A stretch of DNA of 64,000 nucleotides, taken from IMG/VR virus record IMGVR_UViG_3300037129_000090; one strand, given 5' to 3'. Positions 1-10,480 of the stretch are shown piece by piece (within the stretch, counting starts at the first letter, position 1; every line of letters starts with the position of its first letter). Origin of the DNA: a virus (Duplodnaviria > Heunggongvirae > Uroviricota > Caudoviricetes). Made by a program: the position numbers and the translations under genes. The notes beneath the pieces are model-generated. The model worked only from the letters and a program-made list of their open reading frames with translations. It was not told the origin of the DNA and ran no database searches.

Positions 1-127
1 TAATTTAATTAATTTAAGTACTTAATTGACACCTCTGGAACAGAGGGAAGAGCTTATGGAGTTATCTTCATTGGAAGGAGCTATGAAGTAGGAAGCTTCG
101 AAGTCTTTAGCTTCGAGGTAGTTCACC
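1..127 (+). ncRNA. TnpB-associated right-end/omegaRNA-like module; partial IS at window edge
   Basis: 29..127 aligns with 43159..43256, directly downstream of the TnpB at 42047..43159. Shared blocks ACACCTnTGGAAC..AGGGAAGAGC, then a hairpin CTTCGAAG-TCTTTAG-CTTCGAGG at 96..118, then TAGTTCAC. The hairpin stem covaries with the other copies while the loop is identical. A stop codon (TGA 27..29) sits at the position of the TnpB stop. Confidence 0.5.
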
Positions 128-279
128 AGCTATCTTGTCATGTAATTTGGAGAATTCGACTTGAAGGTCATATTTTTGTTTCTCCATCTTTTCGATAACT
201 TCGATAAGTTCAACTGGTGAAATGTATCGATTCTTATGTATACCAAATGTATCTGATGTTGAACCTGTTTTAGCCATTA

Positions 280-690
280 TTACCAACCCTTAATGAAACC
301 ATCGATGAAGTTCTGGAAAGAATCTTTGTATATTTTAGACACATACTGAGCTTCGGTTTTAGTTTCACATACCATTGTAAGCTTTACAAAACATTGCGAC
401 CCAAGCTTAGGGTAATTGCAGTCGATAAAACCATTAACTACAAACTTATCAGTTCCCTTTAATGGTGTTACACTAACTTTTGCTGTGTATTTGTCGTCTC
501 CTTTATGAGTACTGCGTTTTCTTGTGCTATTTGAGTCATTTGTGTTTCTACCTTTGTTCGGCGGATTAGCTAATCTTGGCGCTCCTGGTATGGGCTTGCC
601 TGTGAGCCTGTCTAGGCGCGTACCAGTGAGCGTGTAGACTTTACCGCTATTTGTGAGATAAACATAATCATCTTTTGCCACGCATTTCAC
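280..690 (-). CDS. hypothetical protein
   Basis: 136-aa ORF with SD AAGAGGTGA upstream of the ATG; no recognisable motif. Confidence 0.4.
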   Translation of the reverse strand: MKCVAKDDYVYLTNSGKVYTLTGTRLDRLTGKPIPGAPRLANPPNKGRNTNDSNSTRKRSTHKGDDKYTAKVSVTPLKGTDKFVVNGFIDCNYPKLGSQCFVKLTMVCETKTEAQYVSKIYKDSFQNFIDGFIKGW

Positions 691-808
691 CTCTTATTGC
701 TCGGCTTTTCAGATATACGAGCTAGCCCGAGTTCGTTTATAACATCGCGAACTGTGCGAGTCGCCTTGCTCCGAGGTTTCATATTTACTTTGGGTTTAGC
801 TGTAACCA

Positions 809-1024
809 TTACATCACTTTCCATTCGGTTTCTGAATCCAACTTAGTTTGGATTTTCTTATGTAATATGTTTTTCAAAAACCAGACAGCTTTACCTACAT
901 ATTTTGGTATAGCGCATTGACCACAGGAATGTGTCTCTCTCTTGAAGAGTTCTGAAGCCAACTTTACTAACTGTTCTCCTGTCATTGGTTCTTTGTTGTC
1001 GCCAACAATATACTGTCGTGCCAT
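809..1024 (-). CDS. hypothetical protein
   Basis: 71-aa ORF; Cys pair SCGQC; no confident family. Confidence 0.3.
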   Translation of the reverse strand: MARQYIVGDNKEPMTGEQLVKLASELFKRETHSCGQCAIPKYVGKAVWFLKNILHKKIQTKLDSETEWKVM

Positions 1025-1059
1025 ATTGTATCTGTATCAAATTTTGTGTTTGCATACTT

Positions 1060-1360
1060 AAATAGGTTTGGAGACTTTTCATCCAGATATTTATACTTTA
1101 TAATTTATATTTATATAGAAATAATACTCCTAATTTTATGTCCAATTTTTCTCTTATACTCCTTCTATACATGAGAACTTTTTACAATATTATATCTTAT
1201 GTTATTAATTTAGTAATAAAATAATTTACTAATAAACTAATTTATTATTTATTTAATTTAAGAAGATTAAATTTATTTTCTATTTATTCTAATATAAGAG
1301 CGTATAACTCAAAATTTGGACGTTCATTTTAAAATTATTTATTAATTACTATTTTATCTA
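1060..1360. repeat. AT-rich low-complexity region (>85% AT) with short direct repeats upstream of the primase-helicase gene
   Basis: Reiterated ttatattta / taatttactaataaa units; no ORF. Confidence 0.4.
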
Positions 1361-1503
1361 AGTTGTTGAATAAAACGATATCTATAGCAATGCTTATCCT
1401 TATATACTATGAAGTCTATGTTATTATACATTATTTATATATCTGTAATTTACAAAAATATTATTTAATCATAGTTTTTGTAGACGTAGAAGGAGTTTGT
1501 ATT

Positions 1504-4248
1504 ATGCTTGAATATATAGGAACCCCAGAAGAAGCAAATTTTATTAAACTGCGCCTTGAAGCATATGAACGAATTGATAATCAATCTGATGACTGTGAAA
1601 TGGCAACTCGATTTATAATAGAAAATTGTATGGACATTGACCGAGAAAATGCATATAGAATCATAAAATTATACGTTATAAATCACTTTAGACTCGACAG
1701 AAAGAGTGCATCTGCATTAAAAAAATTCTGGGACGAAAAACATGAGATAGAGAGTGGTATATCCTACACAAAAAATGAATTAAAATTATCGATCAACAGA
1801 GAAATAGAAGGTATTTCTCATGAAATATCATTGAAAATGACCTACGATAATCGGAAAGGATTCGTTGAAAATGTATGGGTTAATGAATTACTAATTGATG
1901 GTAAACAAATTAGTGTACCCGTACATACGTATGACGAACATATTATCGAGTCAACTAAAGATTATACGGCTGTCGCTAGAGATTTTGTTAATATTACTCG
2001 TTCCGAGAAGATCGCTCATGACCTCACAACCTTCCTTGTTTATGCAACTCACTTGCCGGATGAACAAGCATCAGAGATCATAAATGACCTTATGGAACTT
2101 GCTAAGAGCAGAGCAGAAGAAATAGCTCGCCTTGATCCTAAAACAAACGCAGAATTCGAAAGAATCTCAACAAAAGAGAATAATATTGCTACAGATGTCG
2201 ATGAAAGAATATCAAAATTCTTAGATACTAGCAATGAAAGTTTATTTGTTAATGTTAATTCTGACGATATAGATGAACAAGATGGCGTTCGAGTATTGCT
2301 TAGAAATTATACATTATCGAATAATATATCTAAAAATATAGATTTAGCTAAGCAGTTTATCAGAAATCACTATGCAGATGCACCAAAAGCCGATGTGATA
2401 CAAGTCATTGAAATGTATGTAAAACCATATTTTAGATTAGATAATAAAGGTGTCTCATTTATCAAGCAGTCTTGGAATGATATTCAGAAAGAACGAAGGG
2501 ATGCAAAGAAGGCTGATGAAGTAAAAAAACGAGAAGCTAAACTCTCTGTTGATGAAGATGAAGCTATAGAGGCACGGCGAATTGCGGAGGAAACTAGAGC
2601 TCAGAATATTACTATTAGAGAAAAGCGAGAAAAGCGAATCTCTGACCTATATGATATTCTCAAAAATAAAAGTGGTAATAGTACAGTAGCTGATATAGAA
2701 GCTGCAAAGTCTGAAATCAAAGAGAAAATGATGGATACATTTTGGACAATCGAAGGATTTAATGAGAAGACAGGCAACATGGGACATCTTTCACTTAAGA
2801 AACTTGCTATTGCTGACTATATTCAGAAAGCATTTAATATGGTTAGATTCGGTGGGCGTATTTGGTGGTTCGACTGGAATAAATCATTCTATACATATGA
2901 TTCTGATGATGTATTGATTCATCAAGAGATTGTAAGTATTATGAATATTGTTGGTGATGGTGATTTATATAGATATAATGGAAATGTAATATCAGATAAG
3001 GCTCAGATCATAGATGCGGCGAGTAATGTAAAAGTATTTACTGAAAATCCTTTTAATAAATATACAGGGTACATCAATGCAAGAAACGGTGTACTTAAAT
3101 TGGATTATGAAAATAAAAGCGTTACTCAACTCGGCAAACGTCCAGAGTTTATGTTTTCTTATTGTATCGACACAGAATATAAACCAAAAGCGATAGATAG
3201 CGAAATACATAGTATGTTAGGTCAAAATTTGGGTGAGGTACAGCGAGATTTGTTTTACCAGATGGCTGCAATAGCGATCAGAGATACTGATCCAAAACTA
3301 ATTCCATCAAAGATTGCTTATCTCTTCATTGGACCGCGTAACACAGGTAAAAACGTAGTTATGAGTGTGCTCGATGATTTTTTCGGTAAAGCTATAGTGA
3401 GTCGTATTCCTCTTATTGAAATTGCAGAAAACAAATTCGTAAAACCTCTTCTTGAAGGTAAAGTCATCAATCTCGACGACGAGTTGCCAGAACACTTGCC
3501 ACTTACCGAATCTCGTGAAATCAAGTCACTAACTGGTGGTAAATTCCATACACTTGAACCGAAGAACGTAAAACCTTATAGTGGAATCATCACAGCGCTA
3601 ATGGTTTTTGCTGGTAATCAATTTCCAAAATGTAATATTTCAAGAAACGACAGTGCTTTTTGGGATAGATGGGAAATTTTCAATTTCGACAAAGAACAGC
3701 ATAAAGTCGATGAAAATTACCTCAATAAATTACTAACATTAGACAATCTATCTGGATTCTTCAATCGAGTGATAGACCATTTATTTTTCATACATGATAA
3801 TCCAATTAAACGTAAACAAGGATTATATGACACATATGATGAATGGCTGCATTCAGCGAGTACAGTTTATCGCTTCTACTATGATATGACCATCAAAGTT
3901 GATGAACGCATGGAATATCCGAAGGATGAATTCTTTAAATATTACCATGACTGGTGCGAAGCTGTGAATATTCCGATAGAAAATAGAGCTGCTAATTTGC
4001 AAGAATTTGGTAGAGAGCTAGCGCAGACGTGCCATGTCAAAGAAGGTAGAATGGGTACTGGTGAGCGTCAATATACATATCGTATGTTTAGAAGATATGA
4101 ATCCGGTCAATTAGCATATTCACTCATGAAAGAAGAACCTACTATGCACGTCTCTATGCCAGATGACGATGAGATGGAAATACCAGAAGAAGTCTGGACT
4201 ATTGACGAAGATGGTTTTCCTGTTAAAGAGTATATTTACAAAAAGTGA
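1504..4248 (+). CDS. D5-like primase-helicase (SF3 helicase C-terminal domain) with long N-terminal region
   Basis: Walker A FIGPRNTGKN and Walker B VINLDDE with downstream SF3 helicase motifs, resembling poxvirus D5 / P4 alpha C-terminus. The listed ORF starts at 1363, but SD GAAGGAG precedes the ATG at 1504. Confidence 0.8.
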   Translation: MLEYIGTPEEANFIKLRLEAYERIDNQSDDCEMATRFIIENCMDIDRENAYRIIKLYVINHFRLDRKSASALKKFWDEKHEIESGISYTKNELKLSINREIEGISHEISLKMTYDNRKGFVENVWVNELLIDGKQISVPVHTYDEHIIESTKDYTAVARDFVNITRSEKIAHDLTTFLVYATHLPDEQASEIINDLMELAKSRAEEIARLDPKTNAEFERISTKENNIATDVDERISKFLDTSNESLFVNVNSDDIDEQDGVRVLLRNYTLSNNISKNIDLAKQFIRNHYADAPKADVIQVIEMYVKPYFRLDNKGVSFIKQSWNDIQKERRDAKKADEVKKREAKLSVDEDEAIEARRIAEETRAQNITIREKREKRISDLYDILKNKSGNSTVADIEAAKSEIKEKMMDTFWTIEGFNEKTGNMGHLSLKKLAIADYIQKAFNMVRFGGRIWWFDWNKSFYTYDSDDVLIHQEIVSIMNIVGDGDLYRYNGNVISDKAQIIDAASNVKVFTENPFNKYTGYINARNGVLKLDYENKSVTQLGKRPEFMFSYCIDTEYKPKAIDSEIHSMLGQNLGEVQRDLFYQMAAIAIRDTDPKLIPSKIAYLFIGPRNTGKNVVMSVLDDFFGKAIVSRIPLIEIAENKFVKPLLEGKVINLDDELPEHLPLTESREIKSLTGGKFHTLEPKNVKPYSGIITALMVFAGNQFPKCNISRNDSAFWDRWEIFNFDKEQHKVDENYLNKLLTLDNLSGFFNRVIDHLFFIHDNPIKRKQGLYDTYDEWLHSASTVYRFYYDMTIKVDERMEYPKDEFFKYYHDWCEAVNIPIENRAANLQEFGRELAQTCHVKEGRMGTGERQYTYRMFRRYESGQLAYSLMKEEPTMHVSMPDDDEMEIPEEVWTIDEDGFPVKEYIYKK

Positions 4249-4261
4249 TTCGACATTGGCT

Positions 4262-4292
4262 CATCGAAGCCAATTCTGATTTAGTATTACTA
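4262..4292 (+). terminator. hairpin TTGGCT-catcga-AGCCAA followed by a T-rich tract
   Basis: Inverted repeat immediately after the stop at 4248. Confidence 0.35.
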
Positions 4293-4550
4293 ATTTGCTA
4301 TTGAGTTAATCAATACATTTAAGTATAATTAACGTCATACTAAGCTTTGATTAACTGAATTTTATTATTTAAGGCGAATGTTGTGGCTACAGGCAAACAC
4401 ACGTTAAAATACGTCACTGACTTAATCAGAGATATAACGAGCGGAAAAAAGAAGTATAGTTCGTATACAAAGTAAACAAAGTAAATAATGTATACATATG
4501 ATATTATCTAACCTTAAATTATATATACAATACTATCATATGATAGTGTA

Positions 4551-5135
4551 ATGAAAGCTGGAGAAGTACTTAAGGTTCTGCACATCTCAAGACCAACACT
4601 CTACAGGTATGCAGAGGCTGGCTACATTAAAAGACGCTTACTTCCGAATAAGAAGTACGACTATGACGATGAAAGCGTCTACAGCTACCTTAACAAAGAT
4701 GTCAAGAGGAAGACAGTAATTTACAGCAGGGTCTCCACTACAAAGCAAAAGAAAGACCTTGAGAACCAGATTGATTACCTAAAAAACTGGGCTTTCAATA
4801 CTGGCTATCAGATTCATAATGTCTACTCTGATGTCGCTTCTGGAATTTCATTTGATAAGAGGAAGGACTTCTTCTTGATGCTTGATGAGATTCTGGATTA
4901 CAAGGTAGAAAATGTAGTAATAGCCTACAAGGACAGATTAAGTCGAATAGGATTTGAGTTGTTCTCAATCTTGTTTGCTAAGTTCGGAACTAAAATAATA
5001 GTGGTCTCCGAAGTAGGAAGCAAGAAACTGGACACTGAGGAAATCTTCGAAGAAATAATCTCACTTCTCCACTGCTACAGCATGAAGTACTACAGTAACA
5101 GGAAGAATAAAAAACTCGAAATTGAGATTGAATGA
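4551..5135 (+). CDS. tnpA: IS607-type serine recombinase TnpA
   Basis: N-terminal MerR-like HTH (LKVLHISRPTLYRY) plus resolvase-like core with catalytic-serine region VIYSRVSTTKQ. Confidence 0.85.
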   Translation: MKAGEVLKVLHISRPTLYRYAEAGYIKRRLLPNKKYDYDDESVYSYLNKDVKRKTVIYSRVSTTKQKKDLENQIDYLKNWAFNTGYQIHNVYSDVASGISFDKRKDFFLMLDEILDYKVENVVIAYKDRLSRIGFELFSILFAKFGTKIIVVSEVGSKKLDTEEIFEEIISLLHCYSMKYYSNRKNKKLEIEIE

Positions 5136-5146
5136 GGTGATAGAAA

Positions 5147-6379
5147 ATGGCTACAGTTACACGAACAGAACAAATACAATTTACATCGAATCCAGAGGTA
5201 GATTCTATCGGTAGCCTGTGCCATGCTTCTAAGAACCTCTTTAACTTCTCCAACTACCTTGTCAGACAGCGATTCTTCGAGAATGATAAGCTCTACCAAG
5301 AGAAAGGAGAGAAAGGCAAACATCTCTGGTACAAAGAGTTGTACCCTCTGGTGAAGTCCTCAGAACCTTACAAGGCACTTCTAGCGCAGACAGCACAGCA
5401 GATACTTAAATTGCTTGATAAGAGTTGGAAAGGCTATTTCATGTCTTTCAAGGCTTGGTTAGCACATCCAGAGGACTTCCTTGGTAAGCCCAAGCCGCCT
5501 AAATACAAAGCTAAAAACGGTGAACACATACTTGTTTTCACAAATCAGCAGTGTAAAATTGTAGATGGAATACTAAAGTTCCCTAAAATAGTAGGACTTG
5601 AACTCAAAACAAGATTAACAGATGTTGATTTGCGTGAAGTTCGGATTATCCCAAATGGCGTTAATTACATTTGCGAGATAGTGTACAACAAAGAAGTGTT
5701 TCCGGCAGAAATTAATTCAACCAGAGTTATCGGAATTGATACAGGCGAACGCAACATTGTAACCATTGCAAACAACTTTGGTGCTAAACCGATTGTTGTT
5801 AAGGGCAGTACTGCAAATAGCATGAATCAGTTCTACAACAAAGAGAAAGCAAGAGTCCAGAGCATCTACGATAAGCTAGGAATCAAATACGGCGGTAAAT
5901 TAAGGCATCTGGATTTCAAGCGAAATAATAAGATTAAAGACTACTTCCATAAGCTTAGCCGGATGATTGTTGATTACGCAAAAGACAATAATGTCAAAAC
6001 AATCGTTATCGGTAAAAATGTTAATTGGAAACAGGAGATTAACATCGGTAAGCGAAACAACCAGAAGTTCGTACAGCTTCCTCATGCTAAGCTTATCGAA
6101 ATGATACAGTACAAAGCTGAGGAACTTGGAATAGAAGTAGTCCTGCAAGAAGAGGCGCATACATCCAAATGTAGCTTCCTAGATAACGAATCAATTGAAC
6201 ATCATGCTAAATACGTTGGTCGAAGGATTAAAAGAGGCATCTTTAAAACAGCTAAAGGAATCCTCATTAATGCCGATGTTAATGGTGCTCTTAACATAAT
6301 CAGAAAGGCAACTCTGAAAGCCTTTACAGCAGACGGAGTAGAGGGTGTAGGGTTACACCCAGATAGATGGTACATTTGA
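5147..6379 (+). CDS. tnpB: TnpB (RuvC-like RNA-guided nuclease family), zinc finger degenerate
   Basis: RuvC-I GIDTGERN, RuvC-II ...QEEAHTSK, Ruv[15 protein letters not shown]. The usual CxxC...CxxC between RuvC-II and III is reduced to a single Cys. SD GAGGTGAT. Confidence 0.85.
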   Translation: MATVTRTEQIQFTSNPEVDSIGSLCHASKNLFNFSNYLVRQRFFENDKLYQEKGEKGKHLWYKELYPLVKSSEPYKALLAQTAQQILKLLDKSWKGYFMSFKAWLAHPEDFLGKPKPPKYKAKNGEHILVFTNQQCKIVDGILKFPKIVGLELKTRLTDVDLREVRIIPNGVNYICEIVYNKEVFPAEINSTRVIGIDTGERNIVTIANNFGAKPIVVKGSTANSMNQFYNKEKARVQSIYDKLGIKYGGKLRHLDFKRNNKIKDYFHKLSRMIVDYAKDNNVKTIVIGKNVNWKQEINIGKRNNQKFVQLPHAKLIEMIQYKAEELGIEVVLQEEAHTSKCSFLDNESIEHHAKYVGRRIKRGIFKTAKGILINADVNGALNIIRKATLKAFTADGVEGVGLHPDRWYI

Positions 6380-6458
6380 TACTATCTTTTGAAACAAGAA
6401 GGTAACATGTTTACCATTATTGATAACCTACCTGTTCTATGAATATAGGTGAGATATT

Positions 6459-7004
6459 ATGACTGTTCTAACTGGTGAAACTATAAAACGAATGTGCCAA
6501 GGCGATAAGCCATTGATAAGAAATGCTGTCGATCTTGAAACTCAACTTCAACAAAATGGTATTGACTTAACTTTAAAAAAGATTGAGCGATTTAGTGGTC
6601 GTGGAACAATTGATTTTGATAACAGTAAGCGTCAATTACCACCAATGCATGAATTACCAGTAATTCATGGTAATGAGGGTCTACATTTTTATAATTTATT
6701 CCCAGGTTCATATCTTGTTACTTTTAATGAAATCGTTGATATTCCAAAGGCACTTATGGCGCGTGCGTGCCCGCGCTCATCGTTGATGAGATGTGGCGCA
6801 ACAATGAACACAGCTGTATGGGATGCAGGATATGAAGGTCAAAGTCAAGCACTCATCACTGTTCACAACGATGATGGTATGTGGGTTACTGTAAATGCAC
6901 GTATTGCTCAGATTGTTTTTGAAGAACTTGACGATTATGTAGAGAATGGCTATGATGGTATATACCAAGGCGAAGGCGTTATTTCTGACAAAAAAACTGA
7001 GTAA
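6459..7004 (+). CDS. dCTP deaminase / dUTPase family protein
   Basis: dUTPase-fold motif III PRSSLMRCGATMNTAVWDAGYEGQ...ARIAQIVFEE; N-terminal GIDLTL motif typical of Dcd. Confidence 0.7.
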   Translation: MTVLTGETIKRMCQGDKPLIRNAVDLETQLQQNGIDLTLKKIERFSGRGTIDFDNSKRQLPPMHELPVIHGNEGLHFYNLFPGSYLVTFNEIVDIPKALMARACPRSSLMRCGATMNTAVWDAGYEGQSQALITVHNDDGMWVTVNARIAQIVFEELDDYVENGYDGIYQGEGVISDKKTE

Positions 7005-7009
7005 TATTT

Positions 7010-7498
7010 ATGATAGATAACGATACTGGCTACTTATTGTTGAATGCTTTAGCTATACTCATTGCACTTGGTTTAGTTGCAGCTCTCGTTATACTAATGA
7101 TGTCAGGTGTAGGTACAGGATGCTTACACTCACCTATGCCTTGGAAAGCAATTATTTTTGTTGGTATCCTTCTTATTTGTTTTGTTCAATTTGTCCTCTA
7201 TGTTAGTACTTATTACGAATCACAAACTATAGAATACAAAAATGGATACGCAGACTATCCTAATGTTACTTTATATAATAAAGTTAAATTCGCAATAACT
7301 AGTTCATTTACCATTAAGTATGTTTGGTATTGTGATGGCTTTGAGGATGCGCAAAATGAAGCAATTATAAAATCGAATTATACAGATGTCCAACGATTAA
7401 TTAATAGTATAAAAAACATATCAAATATGGCACGTCAACCTGTAGAGTTACCATCTATAAACGAATCAACTATTAAAGCGCAAATATCAAGGGTTTAA
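7010..7498 (+). CDS. membrane protein (two TM helices)
   Basis: Hydrophobic N-terminal helices; no family assigned. Confidence 0.5.
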   Translation: MIDNDTGYLLLNALAILIALGLVAALVILMMSGVGTGCLHSPMPWKAIIFVGILLICFVQFVLYVSTYYESQTIEYKNGYADYPNVTLYNKVKFAITSSFTIKYVWYCDGFEDAQNEAIIKSNYTDVQRLINSIKNISNMARQPVELPSINESTIKAQISRV

Positions 7499-7568
7499 AT
7501 CAATACATATATATAGTATTAAAACCTTGTAAGGTTAATAAATTATAAAACAAAGGAGTTGAATAGCA

Positions 7569-8171
7569 ATGGTTAAATTATTTGATAATTTGAAAGCGAA
7601 AATCACGGCAAAGAAAGAAGAAAAATTAGGTGAATCTGCTGATGTTGAAAACGTAAATGCAACACTAGAAGAGAATATGCCAGAAGGATTCGTTGCGCTC
7701 GATCATAGTGTTGATAATAGTACACCAGTGCCACCGGTAGTTCGTGCGACTGTTATTAGTTTAGAAAAGAACATGCCTACTGAAGAATCACTTAATCTCA
7801 CTAAAAAAGAACAGCCGAATCCACTACCACTTAATCTCAGCAAGAACAGTGTAGAGGAAATACCAGCGGAAGTTATCTTACCACAAGTGGTAAAGAACAC
7901 AGGTTCTTATTCAACTGGTGGTATAAAAGAGCAACTTACACCACCGGTCACAGCCACATCCACAGGTAATGTGAAGGATGTCGCTAAACCACTAATCGAT
8001 AAAGAACTTATAGCCAAAGCTATATTATTTGTGACATTCACGAGTGTAGTAGTTGATGGTTTAATGTATCTCTATGATATCGGACTCGATGGTTTACTTA
8101 TATTAGTTGCAGTTACCGCAATTATCCAGTTTTTACTTGTCACTGAGTATAGAAAACCTACAATGCGATAA
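7569..8171 (+). CDS. C-terminally anchored membrane protein
   Basis: SD AAGGAG; Pro/Thr-rich middle; C-terminal TM helices. Confidence 0.5.
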   Translation: MVKLFDNLKAKITAKKEEKLGESADVENVNATLEENMPEGFVALDHSVDNSTPVPPVVRATVISLEKNMPTEESLNLTKKEQPNPLPLNLSKNSVEEIPAEVILPQVVKNTGSYSTGGIKEQLTPPVTATSTGNVKDVAKPLIDKELIAKAILFVTFTSVVVDGLMYLYDIGLDGLLILVAVTAIIQFLLVTEYRKPTMR

Positions 8172-8221
8172 GCTTTCTTCTTTCTTTATTTTTCTTTTAT
8201 TTACGAATTATGAGGGTTTGG

Positions 8222-10003
8222 ATGAACGAAAAGCGCTTGATAGATTGCTTTCCTGAAGGATATACACCTAGAAAACAACAAGTATTTATACTTAATGAAA
8301 TTGAAAGACACATCAAAAACGGTGTCAAATATATAATTATTAATGCACCAACTGGTATAGGAAAGTCTTTAATAGCAATGGCAATTGGTAATTATTTTAA
8401 GCATTGCTATATATGCACTGGTCAGAAATCACTACAAGACCAATATATAAAAGAATTTGGTGATATGGCTACTACAGTGAAAGGTAGAGCTAATTTTAAA
8501 TGTCTTGATTATAAACGCGAACGCGATGGTGATATAAATAATTGCGATTATGGATGGTGTACAAGAAATAAAGACCCTGAAAAAATATGTCATAGAACAA
8601 TTCATCCACGTGAAGCTGGTAGAGTTGCAGCTTTCTCATGTACACGACAAAATCTGTATTATCAATCAGATGATAAAACATGTGAATATCAGGCGCAAAA
8701 AGCGAAGGCATTAAATTCAAAAATAGTCATAGCTAACTATGATTATGTATTGGCTGCCCTCAATTATATTGGTGATTTTTGTAGACGTGATGTTATTGTA
8801 TCTGATGAAGGACATGGTTTAGAAGCTCACATTGCCAACTTCGTCACCGTAGATATTTCATCGTACTTTTTAGACCGATTAAATGCTCGTTTCCTCAAAA
8901 AAGATTCTCTTAATTTCGCATATACTAACTATAATGATTCACAAGAAGTAAAATTCGAATGCCATTTCTCACAATTACAAAAAATATATAGCAAATTATT
9001 AATAGTTGAAAAGCAATCAGAAGGAAATTCAAAAGACGCGAAATTGTTTAATAATGCGCTCACTAAAATAAGATACTTACTTGATGACATTGAAGAAAAT
9101 AGAAATAACTGGGTCGTAAAAGAGGAAAGAACATATAGTAAAAAAAGTGTTACTAAAATACAGTTTTGTCCAATATTTATTCATCAATATGCCAAGAAAA
9201 ACTTTTTCAGCTTTGGAAAGGTCAATATCATAATGTCAGCTACGATATTAGCTAAAGATAAAGAAGCATGCAATCGGTTTGCAGCAGACCTTGGTATCAA
9301 AGCAAATGAATATGAGTATATAACAGTACCTCAAGTGTTTCCGTGGGTAAATAGTTTAATATATAATTTAGGACTTGTAAATTTAAGATATTCAAAAGAT
9401 AGGTCACCCGAACAAGAGAGAATGTTTTACAAGGATGTGGTGAAACAAATTGATTTAATTTTGGACCTTCATCCGAATGCTAAAGGCATCATACATTGCC
9501 ACACAAAGAAGATCAGTGCGCTAATAGATGAATTTACTACACATAAAGATAGAATAATTACTCATGATACTAAAAATAGAGCAGATAGGTTGAAAGAGCA
9601 TTGTGACTCTAAAAAACCAACGGTTCTATGTTCTCCATCCATGCACGAAGGCGTTGACCTGAAAGACGAGTTATCGCGTTTTCAGATAATCGTTAAAATA
9701 CAATATCCAAACATTAAAGAAGAAAGAATAGAACAACGACTTAAACTTGACCCAACATATATTGATAGACAAGCCTCACTTGCTTTTGCACAGGCACTTG
9801 GTAGGTCTGTGAGATCAAGCAATGACTATGCTAGAACATATACAATAGATAGCCGTTTCACGTGGTTTATTTCCAAAAATCACAATTATCTCAGTGGTAT
9901 AGTTGAAAATCGCATTATACCAGCTAATTCAATTGAATCTAATCTACGGGCTTGTCATAAAAATGAGTTAATGGCATTGGATGAATTATTCAAACGTAAT
10001 TAA
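8222..10003 (+). CDS. XPD/Rad3/DinG-family Fe-S helicase (SF2)
   Basis: Walker A APTGIGKS, DEGH box VIVSDEGHGLE, four-Cys cluster between motifs I and II (C-x-CDYGWC-x-CH), motif VI QALGRSVRSSNDYA. The listed ORF starts at 8210, but the likely start is the ATG at 8222 after GAGGGT. Confidence 0.8.
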   Translation: MNEKRLIDCFPEGYTPRKQQVFILNEIERHIKNGVKYIIINAPTGIGKSLIAMAIGNYFKHCYICTGQKSLQDQYIKEFGDMATTVKGRANFKCLDYKRERDGDINNCDYGWCTRNKDPEKICHRTIHPREAGRVAAFSCTRQNLYYQSDDKTCEYQAQKAKALNSKIVIANYDYVLAALNYIGDFCRRDVIVSDEGHGLEAHIANFVTVDISSYFLDRLNARFLKKDSLNFAYTNYNDSQEVKFECHFSQLQKIYSKLLIVEKQSEGNSKDAKLFNNALTKIRYLLDDIEENRNNWVVKEERTYSKKSVTKIQFCPIFIHQYAKKNFFSFGKVNIIMSATILAKDKEACNRFAADLGIKANEYEYITVPQVFPWVNSLIYNLGLVNLRYSKDRSPEQERMFYKDVVKQIDLILDLHPNAKGIIHCHTKKISALIDEFTTHKDRIITHDTKNRADRLKEHCDSKKPTVLCSPSMHEGVDLKDELSRFQIIVKIQYPNIKEERIEQRLKLDPTYIDRQASLAFAQALGRSVRSSNDYARTYTIDSRFTWFISKNHNYLSGIVENRIIPANSIESNLRACHKNELMALDELFKRN

Positions 10004-10241
10004 AATTAAATAATAACTCTACTGAAATTTATTTATACTTTTTTTTATATAATTGTTAATTTTTTTTATTATGTTTACGATAGTTGATGTTGTTAAAAAT
10101 ACTCATTATTAAGGTTTTCTACTTAATAATTTATTTAAGTGTTTTCAGCGTAAATTATATAAACAATTAATACCATTACTATGTTGCACTCGTTACAAGC
10201 TTCCATGCGTTGTGCGATACATTATTTTGGAAATGAGTATC

Positions 10242-10478
10242 ATGGATGAAAACAAAGCTGATAACGAAAGAATCGAGTGCGTAGAACAGCTTATTGCTCA
10301 GTTGGGTAATTCTACTACGCTCTGGGTTCCCAAGGTCGTTAGAAAAGACCAACCGAATTGGAAGAAACAGAACCCACGCGCTTTCCTAAATGTTCAACAA
10401 GATTCAGTTCAATTAATATATGAATGGAAAGCACATGATGGTGTCATAAACAATACGTCAATTAATAACGAGGAATAA
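10242..10478 (+). CDS. hypothetical small protein
   Basis: ORF only. Confidence 0.35.
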   Translation: MDENKADNERIECVEQLIAQLGNSTTLWVPKVVRKDQPNWKKQNPRAFLNVQQDSVQLIYEWKAHDGVINNTSINNEE

Positions 10479-10480
10479 TT

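Larger units (their letters stand above)
4540..6400 (+). mobile_element. IS607-family element (tnpA serine recombinase + tnpB)
   Basis: Adjacent co-oriented tnpA (MerR-like HTH + resolvase catalytic domain) and tnpB. Exact ends not defined. Confidence 0.65.

Noticed and set aside
1895-3524. Small ORFs inside or antisense to the primase-helicase gene (1895..2083, 2049..2234, 2992..3210, 3307..3524)
   Set aside because: They are nested in a long, motif-bearing CDS and have no SD or conserved features. Similar antisense ORFs elsewhere (for example 11691..12325, 29233..30255, 32960..34382) are treated the same way.
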